DNA of 61,934 nucleotides, filler included, from Actinomycetota bacterium (lineage in GTDB: Bacteria; Actinomycetota; Acidimicrobiia; IMCC26256; VFJJ01): the NCBI GenBank assembly GCA_009886115.1. It is 7 parts of 7 records of this genome, joined end to end, with 100 filler letters (N's around TTAATTAATTAA, not from the genome) between each part and the next. Parts side by side here need not be neighbours in the genome. Positions count along the whole stretch, not along the records: positions 22,049 to 34,062 come from VFJJ01000213.1; positions 34,163 to 44,386 come from VFJJ01000202.1; 5 more parts are not named here. The stretch is one strand, 5' to 3'. Position numbers and translations under genes: made by a program. The notes below the pieces were generated by a model that was not told the DNA's origin, did not search any database, and saw only the letters and a program-made list of their open reading frames with translations. Positions 29,573 through 38,975 of the stretch are shown here, piece by piece. Each line of letters opens with the position of its first letter. The first letter of the stretch is position 1.

Positions 29573-30670
29573 GTGAGCGCGATCTCACCGTCGGCTGCGG
29601 GCGCCTCCGACGTCCCTCCGGGGATCGATCTCGACCGGTTGTTGCCGTTCTTCGCCGAGCACGTTCCCGGCGCGTCGCTCGAGCGACCGCTCCGCGCCAC
29701 GATGCTCACGGGGGGCTCGTCGAACCTCACCTACGTCGTCACCGACGGGGTCGAAGAATGGGTGCTCCGCCGCCAACCGCTCGGGCACGTGCTGCCGACC
29801 GCCCACGACATGATCCGCGAGCACCGGGTGCAGGCTGCGCTGGCCTCGACGAACGTCCCTGTGGCCCGCATGTTTGCGGTGTGCGACGACCCGGCCGTGA
29901 ACGGCGGGCCGTTCTACGTGATGGAGCGCATGCACGGTGTGGTGCTCGGATCGGTCGACGACTGCCCGCACTACACCGACGACGACGCCAGGAACGCCGC
30001 CGGAGCTCTGGTCGACGTGCTGGCCCGGCTGCACGCCGTCGACCCGGCGTCGGTGGGGCTCTCCGAGTTCGGCCGTCCCGACGGCTATCTCGAGCGCCAG
30101 GTACGGCGCTGGTCGCAGCAATGGGAACGGTCGAAGCAGCGCGAGCTACCCGAGATCGACGAGCTCGTGCGCCGGCTCAACGCCGCGATACCCGTCTCGG
30201 GCCCGCCCGCGATCGTGCACGGCGACTACAACTTCCGCAACGTGATGCTCGATGCCGACGACCCCGGGCGTCTGCTCGCCGTCTTCGACTGGGAGATGGC
30301 CACCCTGGGCGATCCCCTCGCCGACCTCGGACTCATGCTGTGCTACTGGGGTCGGCGCGACGGGCTGCCGCCGTTCTCGTCGAGGGGCGAGATCGGGGCC
30401 AGCCAGGGCCCCCAAGCCTGGCCGTCGAACGCCGAGCTGATCGCCATGTACGAACGGGCCAGCGGACGGTCGGTCGAGCAGGTCGACTTCTACGTCGTGT
30501 TGGCGCTCTACAAGCTCGCCGTCATCATGGAGGGCATCTACTCCCGCTACCGCCAGGGCCTCACGGTCGAAGGCGTCGGCGGTGACCACATCGAAGAGCT
30601 GGTCACGACCCTCGTGCACGCCGGTTTGGCCATCGCCGGTGAGTCGGGGCTCCCCGGCCTTAGCCGCTGA
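29573..30670 (+). CDS. Phosphotransferase family protein (ACAD10/11 N-terminal-like)
   Basis: GGSSNLTY, LPTAHDMIRE, HGDYNFRN and FDWEMATLGDPLADL motifs. Confidence 0.9.
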   Translation: MSAISPSAAGASDVPPGIDLDRLLPFFAEHVPGASLERPLRATMLTGGSSNLTYVVTDGVEEWVLRRQPLGHVLPTAHDMIREHRVQAALASTNVPVARMFAVCDDPAVNGGPFYVMERMHGVVLGSVDDCPHYTDDDARNAAGALVDVLARLHAVDPASVGLSEFGRPDGYLERQVRRWSQQWERSKQRELPEIDELVRRLNAAIPVSGPPAIVHGDYNFRNVMLDADDPGRLLAVFDWEMATLGDPLADLGLMLCYWGRRDGLPPFSSRGEIGASQGPQAWPSNAELIAMYERASGRSVEQVDFYVVLALYKLAVIMEGIYSRYRQGLTVEGVGGDHIEELVTTLVHAGLAIAGESGLPGLSR

Positions 30671-30687
30671 CGGCCGGGGCTCGAGCC

Positions 30688-31566
30688 TCAGAGACCGAGC
30701 GCCTCGCGGGTGCGGTCGAGCTCGGCCGGGTCGGCGGTCGTGGGCACGAGGAAGAACTCGTCGGCGCCGGCCGACCGGGCGTTGTCGACGGCGTTCCTGA
30801 GCGCTTCGGGCGTGAAGCAGGCCACAGCCGACGACGCCCACTGGGCCAGGTCGGCACCGAAGATGCGCATGTAGTCGTGGGCGTAGCCGCGCAGCCGATC
30901 CTCAGCGCCGGGTCCGAGCGCGTACCAGATGCTGGTCGAGCGGTGCGGAACCTCGGCCCGACCGGCGTCGACCCAGCACGCCTCGATCATGCGGAAGGGG
31001 CCCTCGAAGTCCTCGGCCTTGCCGTCGAGCGACCACGCGCCGTCGACCCCGTCGGCCCAGCGAGCCGCCCGGGCGATCGCCTTCGGACCCATGACCCCGG
31101 CGATGATCGGGGGCCCACCGGGCTGGACGGGCGGCGGCCCGACCGGATCGGCGCCCTCGAACGGCGCTGCGCCAGACCAGATGCGGCGCATGACGGCGAC
31201 CGCGTCGTCCATCCGTTGCCAGCGGCGCTCGAAGCCTGCGCCGATCGCCCGATAGTCGTGCTCGCGTCCACCGACGCCCACGCCGACGGTCAGCCGTCCT
31301 TCGGAGAGCCGATCGACCGAGGCCATGGCCTTGGCCGTCCACACCGGGTCGTGGGCCGGTAACACGATGATCGTGGTCACGAGCCTGACCCGCTCGGTGA
31401 GCGCCGCCGCAGCCGAGAGCTGCACGGTCATCTCGTGGCTGGGGTAGGTGATGCGCTCGGGGACGGCGAGGCTGGTCCAGGGGCCCTCGTCGATGCCGCG
31501 ACACCAGGCCAGGATCTCGGCCCGCCCGTGGGGAAGCATCGTCGGCAGGGTCATCGAGAGGTCCAT
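30688..31566 (-). CDS. LLM-class flavin-dependent oxidoreductase
   Basis: AAAALTERVRL, SVDRLSEGRLTVGVGVG and ARAARWADG motifs. Confidence 0.88.
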   Translation of the reverse strand: MDLSMTLPTMLPHGRAEILAWCRGIDEGPWTSLAVPERITYPSHEMTVQLSAAAALTERVRLVTTIIVLPAHDPVWTAKAMASVDRLSEGRLTVGVGVGGREHDYRAIGAGFERRWQRMDDAVAVMRRIWSGAAPFEGADPVGPPPVQPGGPPIIAGVMGPKAIARAARWADGVDGAWSLDGKAEDFEGPFRMIEACWVDAGRAEVPHRSTSIWYALGPGAEDRLRGYAHDYMRIFGADLAQWASSAVACFTPEALRNAVDNARSAGADEFFLVPTTADPAELDRTREALGL

Positions 31567-31652
31567 GGCCGGTCACGCTACCTGGACCGACGGGGTTGGA
31601 CCGACGGGGTTCGACCGGGCTCGACCGGGGGCCGAGGAGGGGCGCGCGCCGG

Positions 31653-32846
31653 TCAGCCGGCGAGAACCTCGAGCACGGTGGCTGCACCCATCCCGCCGCC
31701 GGCGCACAGGGTCGCCACGCCGATGCCGCCACCACGGCGGCGCAGCTCGTGGACGAGGGACGTGACCATGCGGGCGCCGGTGGCTCCGACCGGATGGCCG
31801 ATCCCGACCCCCGAGCCGTTGACGTTGACGATGTCGTGCGACCAGCCGAGGATGCGCGAGCAGGCGACGGCCATCGACGCGAACGCTTCGTTGAGCTCGA
31901 CCAGGCGGACCTCGTCGGGGTCGACGCCCGCCCGGGCCAGGGCCCGGGGAACGGCTTTCGTGGGCGCCAGGCCCGTCTCGGCCGGATCGACACCGACCGA
32001 GGCCCACGATCGGACGATGGCCAGTGGCGTGAGGCCCCGACGGGCCGCCCATTCCTCGTCGGCCAGCACCAGCGCGCTGGCCCCGTCGTTGATCGACGAG
32101 GAGTTCCCGGCGGTCACCGTCCCGCCCTCGCGGTAGTACGGCTTGAGGGCCGCGAGCTTGTCGAGCGACGTGTCACGTCGAGGCTTCTCGTCGCGGTCGA
32201 AGACGAACGTCTCTCCGGTGACCCGGTCGACGAGCGTCATGGGGACGATCTCCTCGGAGAAACGCCCGTCATCGTTGGCGGCAGCGCCGCGGACGTGCGA
32301 CCAGTACGCCCAGTGGTCTTGCTCCTCACGGGTGATGCCGCACTGCTCCGCCGTGTTCTCGCCCACCGTGATGCCCATGTTGAAGGCCGGGGCGTTGGCC
32401 TGCGGAGGATGCGTCGGCGACATCCAGCGCACCAGCTCGCCATCACCGTCGCCGTTGACCCCCGAGGCGGGAAGGAACGTCTGCGGCTTGGGGCTCGTGA
32501 ACTCGACCCCACCAGCGATCACCACGTCGGCCATCCCGGCCCAGATGTTGCCCGCCCCGACCTGGATGGCAGCCATCCCCGACGCGCAGTGGCGGTTGAC
32601 GGCCAGGCCCGGCGTGTCGGGCGGCAGGCCCAGCTCGAGCGCGGCATAGCGGGCGAGCACGCCGCCCCCGGCGAGCACCTCGCCGTAGACGACATCGTCG
32701 ACCTCGTGGGCGGCGACCCCCGACCGGGCCAGGGCCTCGGCCATGGGTGTCGCGGCCAGCTCGTGGACGGTGCTGTGGCGGAGGGCGCCCTTGCCGCCGT
32801 GGGCGATGGCCGTACGGACGGCCGAGAGGATCACGGGTCGACCCAT
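31653..32846 (-). CDS. Thiolase (acetyl-CoA C-acyltransferase)
   Basis: NRHCASG, NEAFA, GHPVGATG and LCAGGG motifs. Confidence 0.93.
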   Translation of the reverse strand: MGRPVILSAVRTAIAHGGKGALRHSTVHELAATPMAEALARSGVAAHEVDDVVYGEVLAGGGVLARYAALELGLPPDTPGLAVNRHCASGMAAIQVGAGNIWAGMADVVIAGGVEFTSPKPQTFLPASGVNGDGDGELVRWMSPTHPPQANAPAFNMGITVGENTAEQCGITREEQDHWAYWSHVRGAAANDDGRFSEEIVPMTLVDRVTGETFVFDRDEKPRRDTSLDKLAALKPYYREGGTVTAGNSSSINDGASALVLADEEWAARRGLTPLAIVRSWASVGVDPAETGLAPTKAVPRALARAGVDPDEVRLVELNEAFASMAVACSRILGWSHDIVNVNGSGVGIGHPVGATGARMVTSLVHELRRRGGGIGVATLCAGGGMGAATVLEVLAG

Positions 32847-32849
32847 CGG

Positions 32850-33794
32850 TCAGCTCCTCGATGTGGCGGTGGGCGGTTCCATGGACGGTACGGCGGACGG
32901 GCCGGGCTCGTCGAGACCGGACTCGACCGGTCGGGCGGGATCGGCCGACCAGCCCGAGTACGAGGCCGGGTACAGCCGGGCAGCCGCGCCCAGACCGGTG
33001 ATCTCGAGCGCGAGCAGGTCGGCACACGCTGAGATGCCCGAGCCGCACGAGACGATCACCTCGGTGCGCTCCTCGATCCCGAGGGCTCGATAGCGGGCCT
33101 CGAGGTCGCGAGGTGCGAGAAAGCGGCCGGTCGTCGGGTCGAGGTTGGCGGCCCACGGGGCGTTGCGGGCGCCCGGGACGTGACCGAGCCGAGTGTCGAC
33201 GGGGTTGGGATCGCCTCGGAAGCGCTCGGGTGAGCGGGCGTCGAGCAGCACCAGGCCCGCTGACCGCTCGATCACGGCACGGGTGTCGGGCATCCGATCG
33301 GCCGGCCACGGGCGGACGGCGAATGGTCGGGTGCCGCTCATTCGGGGCAACGGTCTTGGCGCCCGGCCCGACTCGAGCGTCCCCGGCCAAGCGGAGAGAC
33401 CCCCGTCGAGCACGGCCACGGGATGGCCCAAGACGTGCAGCATCCACCACAGGCGGGCCGCGGTCATCCCCCCGGTGTCGTCGTAGGCCACGACCACGGT
33501 GTCGTCGCCGATCCCGGCCCGGTTCATCGCGGCGGCGAACGTCTCGGGGCTGGGGAGCGGATGGCGTCCCTCGGGCCCGGCCGGGGCGCCGGCCAGATCG
33601 CCATCAATGTCGACGAACTCCGCGCCGGGGATGCGCCCGGCCTCCCATGCCGCGAGCCCGGAACGAGCATCGAGGTACCAGCGCACGTCGGCAACGACCA
33701 GCCCCGGGGCGCCCAGGTGCTCGACGAGCCAGGTGGCGGCAACCAGAGGCCCCGGCGCTGCGAGTGTCGCCCGACCGGTGGCGCCATCGCTCAT
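32850..33794 (-). CDS. Sulfurtransferase (tandem rhodanese, SseA-like)
   Basis: RIPGA, GRHPLP, AARLWW, GHVPGA, catalytic CGSG and YSGW motifs. Confidence 0.9.
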   Translation of the reverse strand: MSDGATGRATLAAPGPLVAATWLVEHLGAPGLVVADVRWYLDARSGLAAWEAGRIPGAEFVDIDGDLAGAPAGPEGRHPLPSPETFAAAMNRAGIGDDTVVVAYDDTGGMTAARLWWMLHVLGHPVAVLDGGLSAWPGTLESGRAPRPLPRMSGTRPFAVRPWPADRMPDTRAVIERSAGLVLLDARSPERFRGDPNPVDTRLGHVPGARNAPWAANLDPTTGRFLAPRDLEARYRALGIEERTEVIVSCGSGISACADLLALEITGLGAAARLYPASYSGWSADPARPVESGLDEPGPSAVPSMEPPTATSRS

Positions 33795-33820
33795 CGGCCC
33801 AGCCTACGCCGGCACGCGCT

Positions 33821-33857
33821 GAGGGGTGGGGCGACGTTCCGTGTCACCCCACCCCTC
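33821..33857 (-). terminator. Hairpin downstream of flagellin 2
   Basis: GAGGGGTGGGGCGAC...GTCACCCCACCCCTC inverted repeat. Confidence 0.65.
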
Positions 33858-33878
33858 CGAAAGCGCTTGGCAATGCTG

Positions 33879-33923
33879 ATGAAGCGGATACTCATGAAGC
33901 GGATACTCATGAAGCGGAGACTC
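33879..33923. repeat. 15-bp tandem repeat ATGAAGCGGA(T/G)ACTC x3 in the flagellin 3' UTR
   Basis: Three consecutive copies with one mismatch. Confidence 0.85.
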
Positions 33924-33934
33924 GTGCCCCTGGA

Positions 33935-34062
33935 TCAGCCACGCAGCAGGGCGAGGACGCCTTGCTGTGAGGCGTTGGCCTGGGCCAGCATCGCGGTGCC
34001 GGCCTGGGTCATGATCTGGTGACGGGTGAACATGGTCATCTCCTTGGCCATGTCCGTGTCAC
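33935..34062 (-). CDS. fliC: Flagellin C-terminus, copy 2 (5' partial)
   Basis: [41 protein letters not shown]. Shares 109 identical bp with copy 1. Confidence 0.93.
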
Positions 34063-34162
34063 NNNNNNNNNNNNNNNNNNNNNNNNNNNNNNNNNNNNNN
34101 NNNNNNTTAATTAATTAANNNNNNNNNNNNNNNNNNNNNNNNNNNNNNNNNNNNNNNNNNNN
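34063..34162. other. Artificial contig linker
   Basis: N44-TTAATTAATTAA-N44. Confidence 0.98.
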
Positions 34163-34418
34163 CCGTCCTGCGACTGCTGCCCGCCCCGCAACGCCGGCCC
34201 GGCCCATGACGCCGCCCCAACCCGGCGATCGTCAACCCGTCGCCCGGGCCGTTCCCGGAGCCCGGGCCGCGACGCCACGACCGTCGTCATCGGTGATCCC
34301 CGGCGACTCGGATGCCGTCCCGGCCGCTGCCGGCCCACCCACGGAACGCCGTATCAGCATGCGCTTCGACGCCCTCGGGGACGATGTCCACACCAGGTGA
34401 CGGTTACCCTGGGCGGTC

Positions 34419-35624
34419 ATGCCGTCCGCCCGGAGCATCGAGCCCCACACCGCTGCCCGACCGACGCTGAGCCCGTCATGCACGCCCAGCGACACTCGCT
34501 CGAGCGACGCCATCGTGCGCTCGGCGGGGCTCGTGAAGCGGTTCGGGACGGTCACCGCGATCGACGACGTCACGATCGAGGTCCACCGCGGTGAGATCCT
34601 CGCGCTGCTCGGCCCGAGCGGGTGCGGTAAGACGACCTTCCTGCGCCTCGTCGCCGGTTTCGAACGTCCCGACGCCGGGACCATCCACCTGTCAGGACGG
34701 GAGGTGGCCGGACCTGCCACGTCGGTGCCGCCCGAGCAGCGCCGGGTGGGGATGGTCTTCCAGGACTTCGCGCTCTTCCCCCACATGAGCGTGGCCGCCA
34801 ATGTCGGCTACGGCGTCACGGAGCGCTCACACCGTCCACAGCGGGTCGTCGAGAGCCTGGCGCTCGTCGGTCTGGATGAGCTCGGTGCTCGCATGCCGCA
34901 CGAGCTCTCCGGTGGCCAACGTCAACGGGTGGCGCTGGCTCGGGCCCTGGCTCCCGAGCCGTCGATCATCCTCCTCGACGAGCCGTTCTCGAGCCTCGAC
35001 GCCACGCTCCGGGCCCAGGTGCGAGCCGACGTCAGGGTCATCCTCCACCAAGCCAGCGCGACCGCGGTGTTCGTCACCCATGACCAGACCGAGGCCCTGA
35101 GCACCGCCGACCGGGTCGCGGTGATGAACGGGGGCCGGGTCCTCCAGATCGGCACCCCGGCCGAGCTCTACGCGGAGCCGGCCGACCTGTTCGTCGCCAA
35201 CTTCGTCGGCGATGCCGACATCGTCGACGGGCAGGCCGACGGCGCTGCGATCGAAACCGTCATCGGCCGATTGCGGCTCAAGGGCCCCGAGCAGACGGGA
35301 CCGGTCCGGGTCGTGGTGCGTCCCGAGACCGTCAGGCTCCACCTCGACGGCGTTGGCCCCGCGGTCGTCGAGCAGGTCACCTACTTCGGCCACGATCAAC
35401 TGGTGCACGTCGGCGTCGATGTCCCGGAGAGCACCGGGCGAACCGTGGGCACCGAGACGGTCGGCACCGAGCGCTTCGTACACGCGACCGGATCGGCGAA
35501 GCGTGTCGCGGTGCGGTCTCGCATGGGGCCAGGAATGCACTTCGTCGTTGGCGATCGGGTCACCATCACCGTCACCGCCCCCGTCTGCGCGTTCCCGATC
35601 ACCCCACACCCGATCGCTCCCTGA
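34419..35624 (+). CDS. ABC transporter ATP-binding protein (Fe3+/polyamine FbpC/PotA-like); start uncertain
   Basis: GPSGCGKT, FQDFALFPH, LSGGQRQR, LLDEPF, VTHDQ and a C-terminal TOBE-like region. Confidence 0.9.
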   Translation: MPSARSIEPHTAARPTLSPSCTPSDTRSSDAIVRSAGLVKRFGTVTAIDDVTIEVHRGEILALLGPSGCGKTTFLRLVAGFERPDAGTIHLSGREVAGPATSVPPEQRRVGMVFQDFALFPHMSVAANVGYGVTERSHRPQRVVESLALVGLDELGARMPHELSGGQRQRVALARALAPEPSIILLDEPFSSLDATLRAQVRADVRVILHQASATAVFVTHDQTEALSTADRVAVMNGGRVLQIGTPAELYAEPADLFVANFVGDADIVDGQADGAAIETVIGRLRLKGPEQTGPVRVVVRPETVRLHLDGVGPAVVEQVTYFGHDQLVHVGVDVPESTGRTVGTETVGTERFVHATGSAKRVAVRSRMGPGMHFVVGDRVTITVTAPVCAFPITPHPIAP

Positions 35625-35693
35625 CGATCAGCGGATCCAACGCTTCTTCAGGTGCCGGTCTTCTCCTCCTCCTTCTGAAATCGTCCTCGCTTC

Positions 35694-35834
35694 GAGAGCA
35701 GCCCCTTCTTCGGTGACGACGATTGCGATGGCGTCACAGGTCACCGATGGGGTACCGGCCAGTTGTCCGTCGGCATCCATCGCCTTCGGTGTGGTGGCGA
35801 CGTTCATCAGCCCCGGCGCGATCAACACCGGTGT
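35694..35834 (-). pseudogene. Fragment resembling the large-subunit catalase (KatE/HPII) C-terminal domain
   Basis: PVLIAP...ADGQLAGTPSVTCDAIAIVVTEEGAAL recalls the ADGQLAGxPSVxFDAxAxV motif. The flanks do not look like catalase. Confidence 0.5.
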
Positions 35835-36130
35835 GACCTCGCGAGTGGAATCGAAAACGGTTCGTACCCCGATGCCAGCCGCCTCTTCGATCCCGCACGT
35901 CCCGAGATCGAACCCTCGTCCTGAGCGACGATCGACCGGCGTGAACGCGTCACCTCGTCGCCAGGCAATCCGAGCCGCGGCCGTCGCCCCGCCGAACTCG
36001 TTGCCCTGAGCGAGGCGGGATCGCGGGGCGGGCCCGGTCGGAGAAGCCGAGTTCGCCCCATACGCACGTCGCCCAGACACCGTCGACCACCTCGAGAGCC
36101 TTCGGCTTGGTCAACTTTCTCAAGAGCCGG

Positions 36131-36156
36131 TCATCCAAGGCGCGCGCTGTACCGAA
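36131..36156 (+). promoter_or_regulatory. Putative SigK-type ECF promoter
   Basis: TCATCC-N15-CCGAA upstream of the lipoprotein gene. A similar site lies at 40290. Confidence 0.5.
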
Positions 36157-36221
36157 CAACGTCGGGTTTGGAAATGCCCGCAGTTGGGTCACAACAGGCA
36201 AATGAGCGGAGAGAGGGCAGC

Positions 36222-37145
36222 TTGACCACACGAGCACGATTCCTCCCTGGTTCCTTGGGACTGATGGGTTTCATGGCATTGATCCTCATGGCAGTGACCC
36301 TCTCGGCGTGCTCGTCGGCATCAGGGAGCTCGTCAACCGAGCCGATCACAGCCACCGGACCGAAGAGCCCGCAGTCGACTCCGGTCGGGAGCGTCGAGAC
36401 CGGTCCGCTCGGCCCAGAGGGGACGAGCCTGACCGTCGACACAGCCGGCCTTCCGGCGGACGCTCGACCGACAACACCCCGCGGCGCCGTGGAGGCGTTT
36501 CTCGTCACCCAGGTCACCGGCGACTCCGCAGCCTCGTACCGGCTGCTCTCTGACGCGGATCGCTCGTCCCTCAGCGAGTCCGACTGGGACCTGGCCCAGA
36601 TCGAGATCCCCCGCCACGTCGATTTCGAGGTCACGGCCGAGCAGGAGCTCGTCGACCAGACCGGTTTCCAAGTGGCGGTCTCGGCTCGCTACCAGTCGTC
36701 GCTCGACGAGGTCTCCGGTCTCATCCCGGCTCGGGCCAGCGAGGTGTGGACCGTCGTGCCTGGGGGTCCTGGGGGTGCCGAGTGGCGCATCGACCTCGGA
36801 CGGAGCACATCGACACCCGTGCTCCCACCCGACGCCGATGCCGCAACGATGGTGACGGCCTGGGCCCGGACCCGCCAGGATTGCGCCGTCCCCGACGAGT
36901 ACGCCGGCCTGCTCGGCTTTCCCACCCTGGCCGATCGTCTGTGCGACGCCGAGGGTGACGTGCGAACTGCCGGAACCGAGGGTCTCGATGTGCTCGACGA
37001 CCCCAACCCCTACCTCAATGCATTCGGCTCCGAAGCCGCACGGTGGGGCCGGGTGGTCGAGCTCACAGGGCCGGTGGAGCTGCAAGTCGTTGTTGCCCCC
37101 GTCGACGATCGCTGGTTGGTGATCGGCATCGCACCACCAGCCTGA
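36222..37145 (+). CDS. Putative lipoprotein
   Basis: Hydrophobic leader, lipobox LSA-C, Ser/Thr/Pro linker. TTG 36222 follows a purine-rich RBS (alternative ATG 36263). Confidence 0.7.
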   Translation: MTTRARFLPGSLGLMGFMALILMAVTLSACSSASGSSSTEPITATGPKSPQSTPVGSVETGPLGPEGTSLTVDTAGLPADARPTTPRGAVEAFLVTQVTGDSAASYRLLSDADRSSLSESDWDLAQIEIPRHVDFEVTAEQELVDQTGFQVAVSARYQSSLDEVSGLIPARASEVWTVVPGGPGGAEWRIDLGRSTSTPVLPPDADAATMVTAWARTRQDCAVPDEYAGLLGFPTLADRLCDAEGDVRTAGTEGLDVLDDPNPYLNAFGSEAARWGRVVELTGPVELQVVVAPVDDRWLVIGIAPPA

Positions 37146-37282
37146 CCCAGTCGTTCACCAGCCTCTGACCCTGTCGTTCACCAGCGCCGGGCGCTGCCCG
37201 AGCCCGAACCGACCAGAGACCTATCGCATGGGATGTCGCCCGGCTCGACCGCGCGCGCCCGTTCATCAGAGCTCATCCCGAG

Positions 37283-37385
37283 CAACGCAGCACCGGAAAC
37301 AACGCAGCACCGGAAACAACGCAGCATCGGAAACAACGCAGCACCGGTAACAAACGGAGCATCGCCACCAACGCAGCACCGGTAG
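37283..37385 (+). repeat. 17-bp tandem repeat CAACGCAGCACCGGAAA (4 contiguous units, 1 degenerate unit, 1 further unit)
   Basis: Units start at 37283, 37300, 37317, 37334, 37351 (degenerate) and 37369. No spacers. Confidence 0.9.
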
Positions 37386-37428
37386 AGCCACATCGGCTCC
37401 ACCGGCCAATCATCCACATCAAAGGAGC

Positions 37429-38868
37429 ATGCCCATGGGCAAGCTACGCAAGCTCACGCTGGGAACCCTTCCCGTCGTGGCGCTGAGCGGATCCCTGGTG
37501 ATGGGCGCCCTCGTGACGGCTTCGGCATCGAGCCACCGCGAGGCACCACTCATCACCGAGGATCCCGTCGCCGACCTCACCGACGTCTACGCGTTCGTGA
37601 GCCCCGACCGTCCCGACACCACGACCCTGATCATGAACGTGATCCCCTTCGAGGACCCCGCTGGCGGTCCGAACTTCTACAAGTTCGGCGACGACGTCCT
37701 CTACCAGTTCAAGATCGACAACACGGGCGACTCCGAAGCCGACATCGCCTACCAGTTCCGCTTCACGACCACCTACACCAACCCCAACACGTTCCTGTAC
37801 AACACCGGGCCGATCGACAGCCTCACCGATCCCGACCTGAACGTGCGCCAGAGCTACTCGGTCACCGAGATCATGCGCACGGACCGGGGTTGGGAGCGTT
37901 ACGAGTTGGCGCAGAACGTCCCGGTTGCACCCTGGAACGTGGGCGTCCGTTCGTATGCGACCACGCCCTACGACACGGTCGCCAACGCGGCCATCACCGA
38001 CATCGGGTTCGGAAAGTTGGCGTTCGCTGGTCCTCGTGACGATCCGTTCTTCGTCGACCTGGGGTCGATCTTCGACCTCGGTGGTCTGCGCCCGCTGAAC
38101 GGCGCTCACCTCATCCCGTTGCCGGCCGAGGCCGGTAAGGACTACGTGGCCGGCTACAACGTGCACACCATCTCGTTGCAGATCCCGACCGCTCGTCTCA
38201 CCAACGGCTCCGACCCGGTGATCGGCGTCTGGGCGACCACGGCACGGCGCACCCAGCGGGTCCTCAACGAGCATGAAGGCAACCGTGGCCGCCACCGCGG
38301 CGACTGGGTCCAGGTGTCTCGTCTGGGCATGCCACTCGTGAACGAGGTCGTGATCCCGGTGGGACTCAAGGACAAGTTCAATGCCAGCCAGCCCCGCAAC
38401 GACATAGCCAACTTCGGTGGCTCGATCATCAATCCGGAGTTGGGGGCCCTGATCCCGGTGCTCTATCCGGGAGTGACGGTGCCGACCCAGGTCGACGCCG
38501 GCTTGGGTCTGGGTGGACGGGAAGACCTCGCCGTGATCTTTGCAACGGGTCTCCCCGGCCTGAACCGATCGGCGACGTTCTCGGTGCCCGGCGAGATGCT
38601 GCGCCTGAACACCTCGATCGCCCCGAACCCCACGCCCAACCGGCTCGGTGTGCTCGGCGGTGACACGCAGGGCTTCCCGAACGGTCGACGGCTCACCGAC
38701 GACGTGACCGACATCGAGCTCCAGGCGGTGGCGGGCAACACGCCCTTCACCCCGGCGTTCCGCATCGCTCCCAACAACGCCCTCGGCGATGGTGTGGACG
38801 GGAACGACAAGCCCTTCGGCCCGTCGTTCCCGTACATGGCCTCACCGCCCGACGGGTACTCCAGCTAG
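37429..38868 (+). CDS. DUF4331 domain secreted protein
   Basis: Signal peptide ending ASA, then SSHREAP..DLTDVYAF, FAGPRDDPFFVDL, QVSRLGMPLVNE and GFPNGRRLTDDV. AAAGGAG RBS. Confidence 0.88.
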   Translation: MPMGKLRKLTLGTLPVVALSGSLVMGALVTASASSHREAPLITEDPVADLTDVYAFVSPDRPDTTTLIMNVIPFEDPAGGPNFYKFGDDVLYQFKIDNTGDSEADIAYQFRFTTTYTNPNTFLYNTGPIDSLTDPDLNVRQSYSVTEIMRTDRGWERYELAQNVPVAPWNVGVRSYATTPYDTVANAAITDIGFGKLAFAGPRDDPFFVDLGSIFDLGGLRPLNGAHLIPLPAEAGKDYVAGYNVHTISLQIPTARLTNGSDPVIGVWATTARRTQRVLNEHEGNRGRHRGDWVQVSRLGMPLVNEVVIPVGLKDKFNASQPRNDIANFGGSIINPELGALIPVLYPGVTVPTQVDAGLGLGGREDLAVIFATGLPGLNRSATFSVPGEMLRLNTSIAPNPTPNRLGVLGGDTQGFPNGRRLTDDVTDIELQAVAGNTPFTPAFRIAPNNALGDGVDGNDKPFGPSFPYMASPPDGYSS

Positions 38869-38890
38869 GCAACAGCTCGGCCCTCGCGAT

Positions 38891-38930
38891 CACCCGGAGG
38901 GGAAAGGGCTCGCCCCTCCCCCTCCGGGTG
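38891..38930 (+). terminator. Intercistronic stem-loop after the DUF4331 gene
   Basis: CACCCGGAGGGG...CCCCTCCGGGTG 12-bp stem with no U tail. Confidence 0.55.
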
Positions 38931-38975
38931 CGCGAAACGATCGACCGAACACGCTCACACCAGGAGTCGACCAGC

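Noticed and set aside
34163..34400. Short ORF 34206-34400 and an upstream gene stub
   Set aside because: Low-complexity Pro/Ala/Arg sequence with no recognisable family. Too little evidence.
37283..37385. Possible CRISPR array
   Set aside because: Units are 17 bp and contiguous, with no unique spacers and no cas genes.
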